Source of the DNA: a virus
Taxonomy: Duplodnaviria; Caudoviricetes
Direction: 5' to 3' (one strand)
DNA length: 64,000 nucleotides
IMG/VR virus record: IMGVR_UViG_3300048920_000392
Location: 7,593 to 71,592 of that record
Below the pieces are notes generated by a model, which was not told where the DNA came from, did not search any database, and was given only the letters and a program-made list of their open reading frames with translations. Position 1 is the first letter of the stretch; every line of letters begins with the position of its first letter. Below, in pieces: positions 1-8,573 of the stretch. Both the position numbers and the translations under genes were made by a program.

Positions 1-221
1 GCCCTGTTGTGGACGATCCACAGGAGGTCGGAGAACTCCCGCGGCGGATTCGGCATGGCACGCACTGCGGCGTGCGCTGCGTCAATCACCTGGTCGAACG
101 AGCGTCCGTAGGCGCTTCGCTCGCTTGTCGAATCACGTAACAGGCTGAGCAGGTGAGCCTTGCCGCTGGCACCAAGGCTCTCGACCAGTTCCTCAAGGTC
201 GATGTCGACCTCAACGTTCAT
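1..221 (-). CDS. Phage early-left hypothetical protein (runs off window)
   Basis: ATG at 221 opens a frame MNVEVDIDLEELVESLG... with no stop before position 1; immediately follows the stop of 224..562. Confidence 0.6.
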   Translation of the reverse strand, partial: MNVEVDIDLEELVESLGASGKAHLLSLLRDSTSERSAYGRSFDQVIDAAHAAVRAMPNPPREFSDLLWIVHNR

Positions 222-223
222 GC

Positions 224-562
224 TTACCTGGTGCACGCGTCACCTCCGACGTGCTGCACGAAACGGTAACCGATGCCCCGGACAGTCTTGATCGTGCGCA
301 CCACACCTGCCGCAGCCAGCTTGTCGCGGGCGCGGGAAATCAGGACTTCGACCACGTTGGATGCGGGTTCGCTGCTGCGTCCGGCATAGAGGGCGGTGTG
401 CAGGGCTTCGCGGGTCACCACGGCGCCAGCCGTGTTCACCAGCATGCCCACCAGCACCAGTTCGCCGGCTGTGAGGGGGATCAGCTTTCCGTCGACGATC
501 AGCGCGCGCCCATCCGGCTTCACCGTCAGCCCGGGGTCGGTGGAAACGGTGGCCTCGGTCAC
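224..562 (-). CDS. Stand-alone OmpR/PhoB-type winged-helix DNA-binding domain protein (no receiver domain)
   Basis: LTAGELVLVGMLV...VVTREAL...NVVEVLISRARDKL...IKTVRGIGYRF is a Trans_reg_C pattern; GTG start at 562 overlaps the upstream stop. Confidence 0.85.
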   Translation of the reverse strand: MTEATVSTDPGLTVKPDGRALIVDGKLIPLTAGELVLVGMLVNTAGAVVTREALHTALYAGRSSEPASNVVEVLISRARDKLAAAGVVRTIKTVRGIGYRFVQHVGGDACTR

Positions 563-1035
563 GGGCGCACCTCGACGAAGGCCAGGCCATAGATGACGCA
601 CTGCGCCCGGGCCGCCACGGGGGAGGTGGCTTCCGCCGACAGGGGGACGACGGTATTGGCCCGGGCACAGGCGTCGGGGGAAACGGCGTAGGAGCCGCTG
701 GACACTGCATCCACCGCGTCCAGGGCGAGCTGCCACCGGGCGGGTTCGAAGTCTGTCGTGAGGGCGACGCCGACGCCGGCGGCGCAGTCCGGTACGCGCC
801 CTTCCAAGGTGAAGCCGTTGAGGGTGGCCTGGGCAACAGTGGCGCGGAGGCCCCAGTCGTTTTCCTGGGCGAGTTCGTACACCGAGAGAGCGGCGCAGAT
901 TCGCGGGCTGGTGACGACCAGGTTGGTGGGGCGATGAGAGGCTGCCCCGACCGGCGCCGGCGCTTCCTGTCCAAGGTTCGGTGCGGAGGCCAAGAGCAGC
1001 ACTGCTGCGAGGCCGAGGAACTTCGGGAAGAACAT
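559..1035 (-). CDS. Secreted protein with degenerate SleB/Hydrolase_2-like N-terminal motif
   Basis: Signal-peptide-like MFFPKFLGLAAVLLLASA; CAALSVYELAQE...AVAQATLN resembles CLALNVYHEARGE...AVAQVTLN. Confidence 0.55.
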   Translation of the reverse strand: MFFPKFLGLAAVLLLASAPNLGQEAPAPVGAASHRPTNLVVTSPRICAALSVYELAQENDWGLRATVAQATLNGFTLEGRVPDCAAGVGVALTTDFEPARWQLALDAVDAVSSGSYAVSPDACARANTVVPLSAEATSPVAARAQCVIYGLAFVEVRP

Positions 1036-1099
1036 GATTTGCCCTCCTGGATACGCCGGCCTTCGTTGGAGGCCGCTACGCTCTTGGCTAGGCAAATGA

Positions 1100-1145
1100 A
1101 AGCACGCTTACATTCAGAATGCAAGCACGCTTATACAGCGTGCTT
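1100..1145. promoter_or_regulatory. OL-like triple operator (AAGC-NN-GCTT)
   Basis: AAGCACGCTT at 1100 and 1123, CAGCGTGCTT at 1136; same motif recurs between cI and cro. Confidence 0.75.
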
Positions 1146-1238
1146 CTATCCTTAACGGACAGGCTGAATGACCGTGGCGGTCAAGCCATGAGGATTTCCA
1201 AGGCCAGGCACCGGCACAGGGATAGGAAGGAGCGAGAG

Positions 1239-1592
1239 ATGGAACCGGCAATCGGCTTTATGTTGTTCTTGGCGGGAACGGTGTTGGTCACCGTCATTGC
1301 CGCAGTGCGCAAGCTGCCTTGGGTGCTCTTCCTGATCGGTTGTCCGATCATCGGATTCGTTGCAGCCATCCTGGTGTCGCTGGCGTCGGGGGGGAACGGC
1401 GTGGCCATGGCCTTGGCAGGATTCGCTTCCCTTGCCGCAATGCTGGTCGCGGCGCTTGCGATGAAGAGCCGCGCGCAGAAGCTGGCCGACGGTGATGCCG
1501 TCGTGGGATACAAGAAGTGTCCGTTCTGTGCGGAGCAGGTGCGCGCTGAAGCGGTGAAGTGCCGGTACTGCGCGGCCGACTTGCCGGCATAG
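1239..1592 (+). CDS. Multi-pass membrane protein with C-terminal zinc ribbon
   Basis: About three hydrophobic segments then KKCPFCAEQVRAEAVKCRYC; GGAAGGAG SD before ATG 1239. Confidence 0.8.
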   Translation: MEPAIGFMLFLAGTVLVTVIAAVRKLPWVLFLIGCPIIGFVAAILVSLASGGNGVAMALAGFASLAAMLVAALAMKSRAQKLADGDAVVGYKKCPFCAEQVRAEAVKCRYCAADLPA

Positions 1593-1652
1593 GCATCGCC
1601 GGCATTGCGCCGGCGAGCTTTTCCCGTCCTATGGACGAACGGGTAGGAAGAG

Positions 1653-2360
1653 CTAGACTTCTTCTGCGCTGCGCATCAGCGCCAGGCCCAGGACACGCCC
1701 GCCGATGTGTAACTGATCGGCCTCGTTCGGTGGCACAACCTCGCTCAAATACCGCTTATTCGTGCTGATTATGTGTAGCCCATCACGCAGCACCTGCAGG
1801 CGCTTGACGTAGGTCTGGCCGTGAAAATTGATCAGGTAGAGGCCGTCGCCGTCGAAGTAAGGGCGTGCGGTGTCCACGAACAGCAGGTCACCGTTCTTGA
1901 TGTCCGGATACATCGAGTCGCCGCGCACAGTGACCAGGCGCACGCGATCGCCTTCCGGCACGAAGCCGATCTGCTGCCGTAATTGCCACTCGGCAACATC
2001 AATCTCACGCACTACTTCAGGAAAGTCCTGATTCACCGCCCCATACCCTCCTGACGCTTCGCCTTCCATAACTCTGAGGCGAACGTACCCGGTGGGCGTC
2101 TCACTGGACGATCCAGTGGCGACTGATGAACCGCCATCGCGCTCAGGCGCAGTGCCGTCGATCAGCCACTCGATGCGGAAAGGTCGATACACACGCGCCA
2201 ACTTGACGGCGGTCTCGCCGCTGAGAGACTTCGTGCGCCCGTCCTCGAGCTGGTACAGCGCGGATGGAGTGATGCCTGCCCGGCGCGCGGCTTCGGCAGG
2301 CTCTTCGAAGCCAGACGCGGTGCGCGCGTGCTTCAGGCGGGAGGCAAGGGTGGTAGGCAT
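1653..2360 (-). CDS. cI: CI-like repressor (XRE HTH + S24 peptidase)
   Basis: N-terminal HTH (RLKHAR...AARRAGITPSALYQLEDG); C-terminal VRGDSMYP and YVKRL catalytic motifs; divergent from cro. Confidence 0.93.
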   Translation of the reverse strand: MPTTLASRLKHARTASGFEEPAEAARRAGITPSALYQLEDGRTKSLSGETAVKLARVYRPFRIEWLIDGTAPERDGGSSVATGSSSETPTGYVRLRVMEGEASGGYGAVNQDFPEVVREIDVAEWQLRQQIGFVPEGDRVRLVTVRGDSMYPDIKNGDLLFVDTARPYFDGDGLYLINFHGQTYVKRLQVLRDGLHIISTNKRYLSEVVPPNEADQLHIGGRVLGLALMRSAEEV

Positions 2361-2365
2361 AGTGT

Positions 2366-2428
2366 TAGCGAGCTTATGTGGTCGGCGTAGAAGCGTGCTT
2401 GCACGGTTCGAGTTAGCGCACTTATACT
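2366..2428 (+). promoter_or_regulatory. OR-like triple operator and PR promoter
   Basis: TAGCGAGCTT 2366, AAGCGTGCTT 2391, TAGCGCACTT 2414; TTGCAC (2399)-N18-TATACT (2423). Confidence 0.7.
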
Positions 2429-2434
2429 TGGGCC

Positions 2435-2671
2435 ATGAACATGCCCCGTATCAGCAAAGCCGACGCCATTGCCGCCTACGGCGGTAACGGTGCAGCCCTC
2501 GCCCGTGCACTGGGGATCACCCCGTCCGCGGTTTACCAATGGCCGGACGGGCCGATCGTCGACGAATGGGCGCTGAAACTGCGCTTCGTCCTCAAACCCG
2601 ACTACTTCGCCAAGCGCGCGGGCGACTCAGACCCCGACGCCGACCGGATTGTCCCGGTCGAGACCTGCTGA
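2435..2671 (+). CDS. cro: Cro-like repressor
   Basis: Short HTH (GNGAALARALGITPSAVYQW) divergent from cI. Confidence 0.88.
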   Translation: MNMPRISKADAIAAYGGNGAALARALGITPSAVYQWPDGPIVDEWALKLRFVLKPDYFAKRAGDSDPDADRIVPVETC

Positions 2672-2825
2672 TGAGGCCGCTGCTCGCGCGGCCTTCCCGC
2701 GCCGGCCACGAGGCCAGCGCGCGGCGCCGCCCGGGCAGCGCCACTGCCTTGAGTTCCTCTGACATCCCAGTCACCTGTCTTCCTATCCATGGCCGACAGC
2801 TTGCATCGCCTCCCGAGGTGCGTAA

Positions 2826-3431
2826 ATGAAGCCGGAACCTCAGTTCCAAGAACCGCGGTCGTCGGTGGTGTTCCGATACACCACCGAGAGCATCCGAAAC
2901 AGCCACCACACCGATGCCAGCTTCGCCCAGGCGGTGGCAGATCAGTACATGGCCACCGTTGCCCCGAATGAGCGCGTTATCGCGTTCCACGCGGGCACGT
3001 GCGCCGACTCTATCGAGAAGGCCCAGAAGGCGAACGCGCAGCTGATCGCGCGGTTCCGCACCGGCACGGTGAAACTGCCTGTCGACCTGGAGGAAGCATG
3101 GATTCAGGCGCTGCCGCAGCCGTGGAGCGACGACTGCGCCCGTGAGCTGGCCCAGCGGTATGGGTTCCTAGGCGCACGTGCGCCGCAGATGGAAGCGCAG
3201 GCCGGTGTGCTCGGCGTGGCCCGGATGTCCGTCGAATTCGGCCATACCCTCCAGGCGCTGTCCAACGTCCTCGAGGATGGGAAGGTGTGTCCGCAGGACA
3301 TCCCGGAGTTGCGCAAGGCGAGGCGGGAATTGGCCGATCTTCTGGCCGAGGTGCAGACCATGGCCTGCTACGTCGATGGCCACCTGCAGCAGATGCAGCC
3401 GATGCGGGTCGTCTCCGGGAGCGCACGATGA
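2826..3431 (+). CDS. Phage regulatory protein in CII position
   Basis: 201-aa ORF after cro; C-terminal LEDGKVCPQDIPEL...ELADL segment of the kind seen in CII-like/YmfL-like proteins. Confidence 0.55.
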   Translation: MKPEPQFQEPRSSVVFRYTTESIRNSHHTDASFAQAVADQYMATVAPNERVIAFHAGTCADSIEKAQKANAQLIARFRTGTVKLPVDLEEAWIQALPQPWSDDCARELAQRYGFLGARAPQMEAQAGVLGVARMSVEFGHTLQALSNVLEDGKVCPQDIPELRKARRELADLLAEVQTMACYVDGHLQQMQPMRVVSGSAR

Positions 3432-3757
3432 GCGCGCACGCGATCGAGCAGACGCTTCAGGTCATGCGCGCGCTGGAGCGAGACGGAATTGCGCTGAGCG
3501 AGGCTCGCAACGTGCTGCAGGTTCTACCCTACGCCGATGTGGTGATCTGGGCGAGGTCGCACGCCGGGCCGATCACCGTCGAAGCGCTTCGCAAACGCTT
3601 TCCGGTGTCCAAGGCGACCGGTTACCGCTGGTATCGAATGCTGGTGGCCGATCATCAGGAAGCTGCACCCAGGCTGGGCGATCGCCCGCTGCAGTTCGAT
3701 TCGCCGGCCGTTGGCCGTGCGAGGGCAGGGGACGTGGCGGGAGGCGTTGAGCGGTGA
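3428..3757 (+). CDS. Small HTH protein
   Basis: ATGA overlap with upstream gene; ITVEALRKRFPVSKATGYRW HTH. Confidence 0.7.
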   Translation: MSAHAIEQTLQVMRALERDGIALSEARNVLQVLPYADVVIWARSHAGPITVEALRKRFPVSKATGYRWYRMLVADHQEAAPRLGDRPLQFDSPAVGRARAGDVAGGVER

Positions 3758-4068
3758 GCCTGATGTCTTCTTTGGGGACGCGCCTCACCGATGCGCGCCC
3801 TGCGTCGTTCAGTGAGAGCGACGTGGTCGGTGTCGCCGCGGCGCCGCCGCGGGCGCACCGCCCACAGCACGCGCTGGTCGGGTATACGCAGACGAGGATC
3901 GTGATGATCTTCACCCGGTGGGCGGTGGAGCTGGATCAATTCCCGTCTGTTGAACAGATCACCAGCCGCTTCCGCGTGAGCCGAGCTACGGCCTTTCGCT
4001 GGCGGAGTGCGCTTGCCGAGACATATGGGCTCGACCTGGCGGCGTTGTCGAGCGAGCAGCGCGCATGA
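3754..4068 (+). CDS. Small HTH protein (paralog-like of upstream ORF)
   Basis: SVEQITSRFRVSRATAFRW HTH; translationally coupled on both sides. Confidence 0.7.
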   Translation: MSLMSSLGTRLTDARPASFSESDVVGVAAAPPRAHRPQHALVGYTQTRIVMIFTRWAVELDQFPSVEQITSRFRVSRATAFRWRSALAETYGLDLAALSSEQRA

Positions 4069-4931
4069 GTTTTGATGCTTTCGCATGGGCGGCGCGCCAG
4101 CGCGTATCCAGCACCCAGAAGCTCGTCCTGCTCATGCTGGCCGAGCGGCACAACAAGGACACAGGGCAGTGCAGGCCAAGCCACGACAAACTGGCAGAAG
4201 ACTGTGGGCTGACACGTCGGTCGGTGATCGACCAAATCAGCCGCCTGGCTGAAGCTGGATACATCACCGTTCTGTCGCGGGCGAACGGGAACGTGCGCCT
4301 GCCGAATCAGTACCTGCTGAATTTCCACGTTGGCATCCAAGCCGAGCCGAAGGCACCTGCGGATGACCCGTATTTGGTGGTGAATCAGATTCACCAGGGT
4401 GGTGAACCAAATGCACCGGGGGTAGTGAACGACGTTCCGAAGGTAGTGAACGACGTTCACGGGGGTAGTGAATCAGGTGCACAGGAACCAGGAATACAAC
4501 CAGGAATAGAACCAAAGAAGCAGAGGAAACGCGCGAGCGCGCCCAGCGCGCAGCCGCCCGATCTCGATTTCTCGTCCTGGCCTAACCCGCCGTCCTCCCA
4601 GGTGCTGGCCGATTGGCTGCAGCTGCGACGCCAGCGCCGCGCACCGGTTACGCCGACCGTGCTCGAGAGTTTCGGCGCTGAACTGCACCAAGCCAAGGCG
4701 ATGGGCTTCTCCGTCGACGACTGCCTCAAGAAATGCTGCAACCGCAACTGGCAAGGCTTCGAAGCCGCGTGGCTCGAGCGTGATGCACCCAACCAATCTC
4801 GTACCCACGGAGGAACCCATGCAGCCGATCACAACCTCTCTCCCGGCGAAAAGGTCCGAGCTTCGATCGCAAGGCGCCGCGATGCACGCGCCGCCGGCGG
4901 ATCAGGGCCCCTGTTCGATGGAGCTGATTGA
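4065..4931 (+). CDS. Replication initiator (O-like, N-terminal wHTH)
   Basis: KLVLLMLAE...CRPSHDKLAEDCGLTRRSVIDQISRLAEAGYI; internal iterons; C-terminal WLQLRRQRRAP...NWQGF domain. Confidence 0.88.
   Translation: MSFDAFAWAARQRVSSTQKLVLLMLAERHNKDTGQCRPSHDKLAEDCGLTRRSVIDQISRLAEAGYITVLSRANGNVRLPNQYLLNFHVGIQAEPKAPADDPYLVVNQIHQGGEPNAPGVVNDVPKVVNDVHGGSESGAQEPGIQPGIEPKKQRKRASAPSAQPPDLDFSSWPNPPSSQVLADWLQLRRQRRAPVTPTVLESFGAELHQAKAMGFSVDDCLKKCCNRNWQGFEAAWLERDAPNQSRTHGGTHAADHNLSPGEKVRASIARRRDARAAGGSGPLFDGAD
4376..4520 (+). repeat. Iteron array/origin inside replication gene
   Basis: Five about 22-bp-spaced GGT(A/G)GTGAA-N5-T(T/G)C(A/C)(C/G) units at 4376, 4398, 4421, 4442, 4464, followed by an A-rich CCAGGAA tract. 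Confidence 0.8.
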
Positions 4932-5523
4932 AGGCCTGTGGGTGGCGCTGGCCGACGTGTACGGCGGGCGCTTCACGCGCGACTTCGGTGTTGACCCATC
5001 GAAGGGCGCCGGCACCACCTGGGCTCGCGGCCTCGCCGGGTTGAACCAGGAGCAGATCGTTGCCGGCATCGAGGCATGCGTCGCCGGCGCTGATGGCTGG
5101 CCGCCGTCGCTGCCGACGTTCCGCGCGCGCTGCCTGGGCATCCCGTCACTGGCACAGGTCAAGCTGGAGCTGCGGTTGAACGGCGAGCGTAGCGGATTCA
5201 CCGTGCTGGTCTGGCAGTACATCGATACCCATCGCCTCGAGACGAGCAGCGCCGAGCAGGGCGATCACCTGCTGCGCGAAACCTACGAGTTCGTGCGCCA
5301 GGGCGTGATGGCTGGCCAGCTGACCGTGCCGCCGCCTGCCTTGAGGCTGGAGGCTGAGAAGACTGACCCGTTGCCGCCGAAGGAAAAGCTGGCGAAGCCG
5401 GAGACCGTCGCCGAAGCCGCCAGCGCCGTCGACGCAATGTTCGGTCGCCACCGTCCTGCCGCCCCCGATACCGACAGCAGGCCGGCGACCGGCAAGATGG
5501 CCGCCGCAGGGAGCGACGCATGA
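4819..5523 (+). CDS. Helicase loader, lambda P-like
   Basis: GGAGGA SD before ATG 4819; WARGLAGL...GIEAC...WPPSLPTF motif; follows the O-like gene. Confidence 0.7.
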   Translation: MQPITTSLPAKRSELRSQGAAMHAPPADQGPCSMELIEGLWVALADVYGGRFTRDFGVDPSKGAGTTWARGLAGLNQEQIVAGIEACVAGADGWPPSLPTFRARCLGIPSLAQVKLELRLNGERSGFTVLVWQYIDTHRLETSSAEQGDHLLRETYEFVRQGVMAGQLTVPPPALRLEAEKTDPLPPKEKLAKPETVAEAASAVDAMFGRHRPAAPDTDSRPATGKMAAAGSDA

Positions 5524-6044
5524 TCACGCCCGACGCGCTCCGCCAGTACCACCGCACCTTGGCACGCTACTGCCTGGCTGTTGCCGGCGAATGCACGGCG
5601 CCGGAGCTGCTCGAGCAGATGGGCATGGTGGCGCTCGATGCAGGCCATCCGCGCGAGGCGTTGATCGCATCCACAGCGGCCGTTGCCGGGCTGCTGCGCG
5701 AACTGGATGGCCTGGGCCACGTCGAACGGCGGAACAATAAGCACAGCCCTCGGGACGGCCGTGGTGTACCGGTGTGGGCAGCGCGCGGCGAACTCGTGGC
5801 GGTAGTGCCCCGGTCGCCGGCTGCGCACCTTGCCAACAGCGGCACGACCGATCAGGCCGCGCCATCGCCGTTCAAGACCCTATCCCTGGACCAGCGCCTG
5901 GCTTTCATGCAGATCGAGCTGGAGACGTGGATCAGTGAGCGAGAGCGCGAGCACGCTGCGGCGATGGAGAAGGCGCGGCAAGAGTGGGACGCCCTCCGGG
6001 AGCGCATGAAGCGGGTGCTGCAGGTAGTGGAGCCGCGCGCATGA
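5520..6044 (+). CDS. Hypothetical wHTH/coiled-coil protein
   Basis: Coupled ORF; VAGLLRELDGLGHVERR wing-like segment and C-terminal coiled coil. Confidence 0.6.
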   Translation: MITPDALRQYHRTLARYCLAVAGECTAPELLEQMGMVALDAGHPREALIASTAAVAGLLRELDGLGHVERRNNKHSPRDGRGVPVWAARGELVAVVPRSPAAHLANSGTTDQAAPSPFKTLSLDQRLAFMQIELETWISEREREHAAAMEKARQEWDALRERMKRVLQVVEPRA

Positions 6045-6541
6045 AGAAGGGAGCGCGCGCGCTGCGCTACTCCAGCACCGCCGACATGCCCGAGGGCATG
6101 CGCAAGCTTCTGGGCAAGGCGGGAAGTGCCGCCGGCGCGGATGCGACTACGGCAGGGCGCGCCTACAGGCCTGTGGCCGGCGCCGCGGGTGATGCAGGCG
6201 CTGCCGGCGGCAAGGTCGCGCGCGGCAGGCCACGCCACGTAGCAGGCGAAATGAACAGAACGGAGGCGGCCTACGGCCAAGAACTGGATCGCCGCCTGCA
6301 CGCTGGTGAGATTCAGTGGTATCGGTTCGAGTCGGTGAAGCTGAAATTGGCGAGCAACACGCACCTGACCATCGACTTCTTCGTTATGACCGCCGCCGGC
6401 GAGCTGGAGGCCCACGAGGTAAAGGGCTACTGGGAGGAAGACGCTCGGGTCAAGGTGAAGGTCGCTGCGGCGATGTACCCGTTCCGATTCTTGGCAGTTC
6501 AGAAGGACGGCAGCGGCTGGAAAGTGGAGCACTTCGCATGA
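6041..6541 (+). CDS. PD-(D/E)XK nuclease (DUF1064-like, Nin-region)
   Basis: MNRTEAAY...TIDF...HEVKGYWEEDARVKVKVAA motif. Confidence 0.75.
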   Translation: MKKGARALRYSSTADMPEGMRKLLGKAGSAAGADATTAGRAYRPVAGAAGDAGAAGGKVARGRPRHVAGEMNRTEAAYGQELDRRLHAGEIQWYRFESVKLKLASNTHLTIDFFVMTAAGELEAHEVKGYWEEDARVKVKVAAAMYPFRFLAVQKDGSGWKVEHFA

Positions 6542-7326
6542 ATCTGAATGTCGCAAACACCGCGGTACGCCGCGACGCCGACGGGCGATTTTCCCTCAAC
6601 GATCTGCACCAGGCGGCAGGCGGTCTGAAGAAGCACGGTCCCAGCTACTGGCTGGCGACGCAGTCGGCCGGTGAGCTGCTGGCGGAACTTCGATCTACCG
6701 GGATTCCGGTAGTTACCTTGGAGGGGCGCGGCGGCGGGACCTTCGTTGCCCGCGAGCTGGTGTACGCGTACGCGATGTGGATCAGCCCGGCCTTCCACCT
6801 GAAGGTCATCCGAGCATACGACCAACTGGTGATGGCACCGCCGGTGACCTCCATGGCTGCCCTCGCTGATCCCGCGACGCTGCGCGGCCTGCTGCTGGAC
6901 TATGCGGGGCGCGTTGAGGCGCTCGAGGCGGAAGTGCTGATTCAGCAGCCCAAGGTGCATGCGCTGGAACGGCTGGCGGACGCGGAAGGGACCTTCAACG
7001 TCACCGAGGCCGCCAAGCTGCTGCAGGTGCCGCCCCGGCGCCTGTTCGACTGGATGCAACAGCACGCGTGGGTCTATCGCCGGGCAGGTGGGCGCAGCTG
7101 GCTGGCATACCAGCCGCGCATCCAGTCTGGCGTGCTCAAGCACAAGGCGACGGTGATCCGGCTCGAGGATGGCACCGAGCGGATCAGCGACCAGGTGCTG
7201 GTGACCGCAAAAGGCCTGGCACGGCTGGCGGACCTGTTGAGCCGGGACCATCTCGCATGGGGAAACCGTGATCACCTCCAGGCCATGGCCAGCACCAGCG
7301 CGCGCTCGGTGGAGGTGGTGCGTTGA
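6538..7326 (+). CDS. Antirepressor, KilA-N + ANT/KilAC domains
   Basis: FSLNDLHQAAGG...GTFVARELVYAYAMWISPAFHLKVI; QPKVHALERL...NVTEAAKLL...QVLVTAKG. Confidence 0.9.
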   Translation: MNLNVANTAVRRDADGRFSLNDLHQAAGGLKKHGPSYWLATQSAGELLAELRSTGIPVVTLEGRGGGTFVARELVYAYAMWISPAFHLKVIRAYDQLVMAPPVTSMAALADPATLRGLLLDYAGRVEALEAEVLIQQPKVHALERLADAEGTFNVTEAAKLLQVPPRRLFDWMQQHAWVYRRAGGRSWLAYQPRIQSGVLKHKATVIRLEDGTERISDQVLVTAKGLARLADLLSRDHLAWGNRDHLQAMASTSARSVEVVR

Positions 7327-7595
7327 GTCCGATCGATCTTTCCGGCGTCTCAACAGACGACCTGCTGGCCGAAGTGGCGCGACGCTGTGGCACGGCTCGT
7401 CGCGGGCCGTCTGCTACCGGCGGTGCGCGCGGCGCGGCGAAGAAGCGGACCAAGCAGGAATGGGCCCTCGCCATGGCGGAAGAAGCGCGTCAGCGCTACC
7501 ACGACACCAGCGATCCGTCGGTGCGCGCGCGCGAGATTCAGGAAATCGGCAAGTTCGAGAAGCTGGCTGCGCGCTACAAGGCACGGGGCGAATGA
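7323..7595 (+). CDS. Hypothetical protein
   Basis: Coupled 90-aa ORF in early-right operon. Confidence 0.6.
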   Translation: MSPIDLSGVSTDDLLAEVARRCGTARRGPSATGGARGAAKKRTKQEWALAMAEEARQRYHDTSDPSVRAREIQEIGKFEKLAARYKARGE

Positions 7596-7668
7596 CGGCG
7601 AAGCACTGCACAGCAGCCACGGCCCCGGCACCGCTACCAAACAATAACAGCAACTTGGAGAACTCCCG

Positions 7669-7821
7669 ATGATTCCAACCTTCGCCAGCCTGGACGAGGC
7701 ATCCCATCATCTGTACCTGGCCGATGAGGCCGGCCCAATCCTCTGCGTGGTCGACGGCTCGACCTGGAAGGTGTGGCGCGACGGCTCTTCGCTGCTGGTA
7801 CCCGAGCCGGTGGCAGCGTGA
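7669..7821 (+). CDS. Small hypothetical protein (50 aa)
   Basis: GGAG SD, ATG 7669, MIPTFASLDEASHHLYL...; TGA overlaps the next GTG. Confidence 0.5.
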   Translation: MIPTFASLDEASHHLYLADEAGPILCVVDGSTWKVWRDGSSLLVPEPVAA

Positions 7822-8573
7822 ACGCGGTCTTCGTCACCGATACCGCCGCTGTACCTGGCTGTGCCAACTGCGGCGGCATCGCCAAGCTGCAGGCCAACCG
7901 CGCCCGCACGCGCATCTGGATCGGGTGTACCGCATGCCCGGCCAACACCGGCTGGTTCGATGGTGACGACGCCCCACAGCGCGCGCTGTCCGCGTGGGCA
8001 CGGTTGCCCCCCTTGGTTCCGGCACTGCCACCGACCGCGCGGCCGGCAGTTCCCGGGGTTGCGGTCGCTCGCGGTAGTGCGGATGGCCGCGATGCGCTGG
8101 AGCTGCTGGCGCGCATGCTGGTATCGGGTGGATATCGCATCCCCACCGAGGGACGCAGCACTCTGCCCACGCTGAGCAGCGCCGACATCGCCGCTGCTGT
8201 TGGGCTGATGCGGGATAGGGTGGCGAAGGACACAGTTGTGGCGGTGGCCACCCGCGCAGACGGTGCAGCTCTGGCGCGGCTGTCGTGGCCGGTGTACCGG
8301 CGGGTTGCTCGCGCGCTGCGCCACGATCCGATGGTGACGCTCAAGCACGACCAGCCCGCTGACCGCTGGCGCGTGCGTCTTGTGATCCACGACGCCGTGC
8401 GAGACCTGGTGTGGCCGGAACGGAAGGTGTCAGCTGGGCTCGCCGCGAAGGCCGCTCGTATGCGCAAGGGTGACTACCTGCGCGTCCACCGGCTGGCCTA
8501 CAGCACGTTGCTGGAGGCGCTGGAGAAGGGGCGCGACGAGTTCAGGGTCCGGCTATTTGCGATGCGCAGCTAG
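7818..8573 (+). CDS. Probable late regulator (Q position) with N-terminal Cys4 zinc ribbon
   Basis: CANC...CTAC N-terminus; helical basic C-terminus (AAKAARMRKGDYLRV); last early gene before morons and lysis. Confidence 0.55.
   Translation: MNAVFVTDTAAVPGCANCGGIAKLQANRARTRIWIGCTACPANTGWFDGDDAPQRALSAWARLPPLVPALPPTARPAVPGVAVARGSADGRDALELLARMLVSGGYRIPTEGRSTLPTLSSADIAAAVGLMRDRVAKDTVVAVATRADGAALARLSWPVYRRVARALRHDPMVTLKHDQPADRWRVRLVIHDAVRDLVWPERKVSAGLAAKAARMRKGDYLRVHRLAYSTLLEALEKGRDEFRVRLFAMRS

Noticed and set aside
2671-2829. 52-aa ORF between cro and the CII-position gene
   Set aside because: No SD or motif; low-complexity; cannot be supported as a gene
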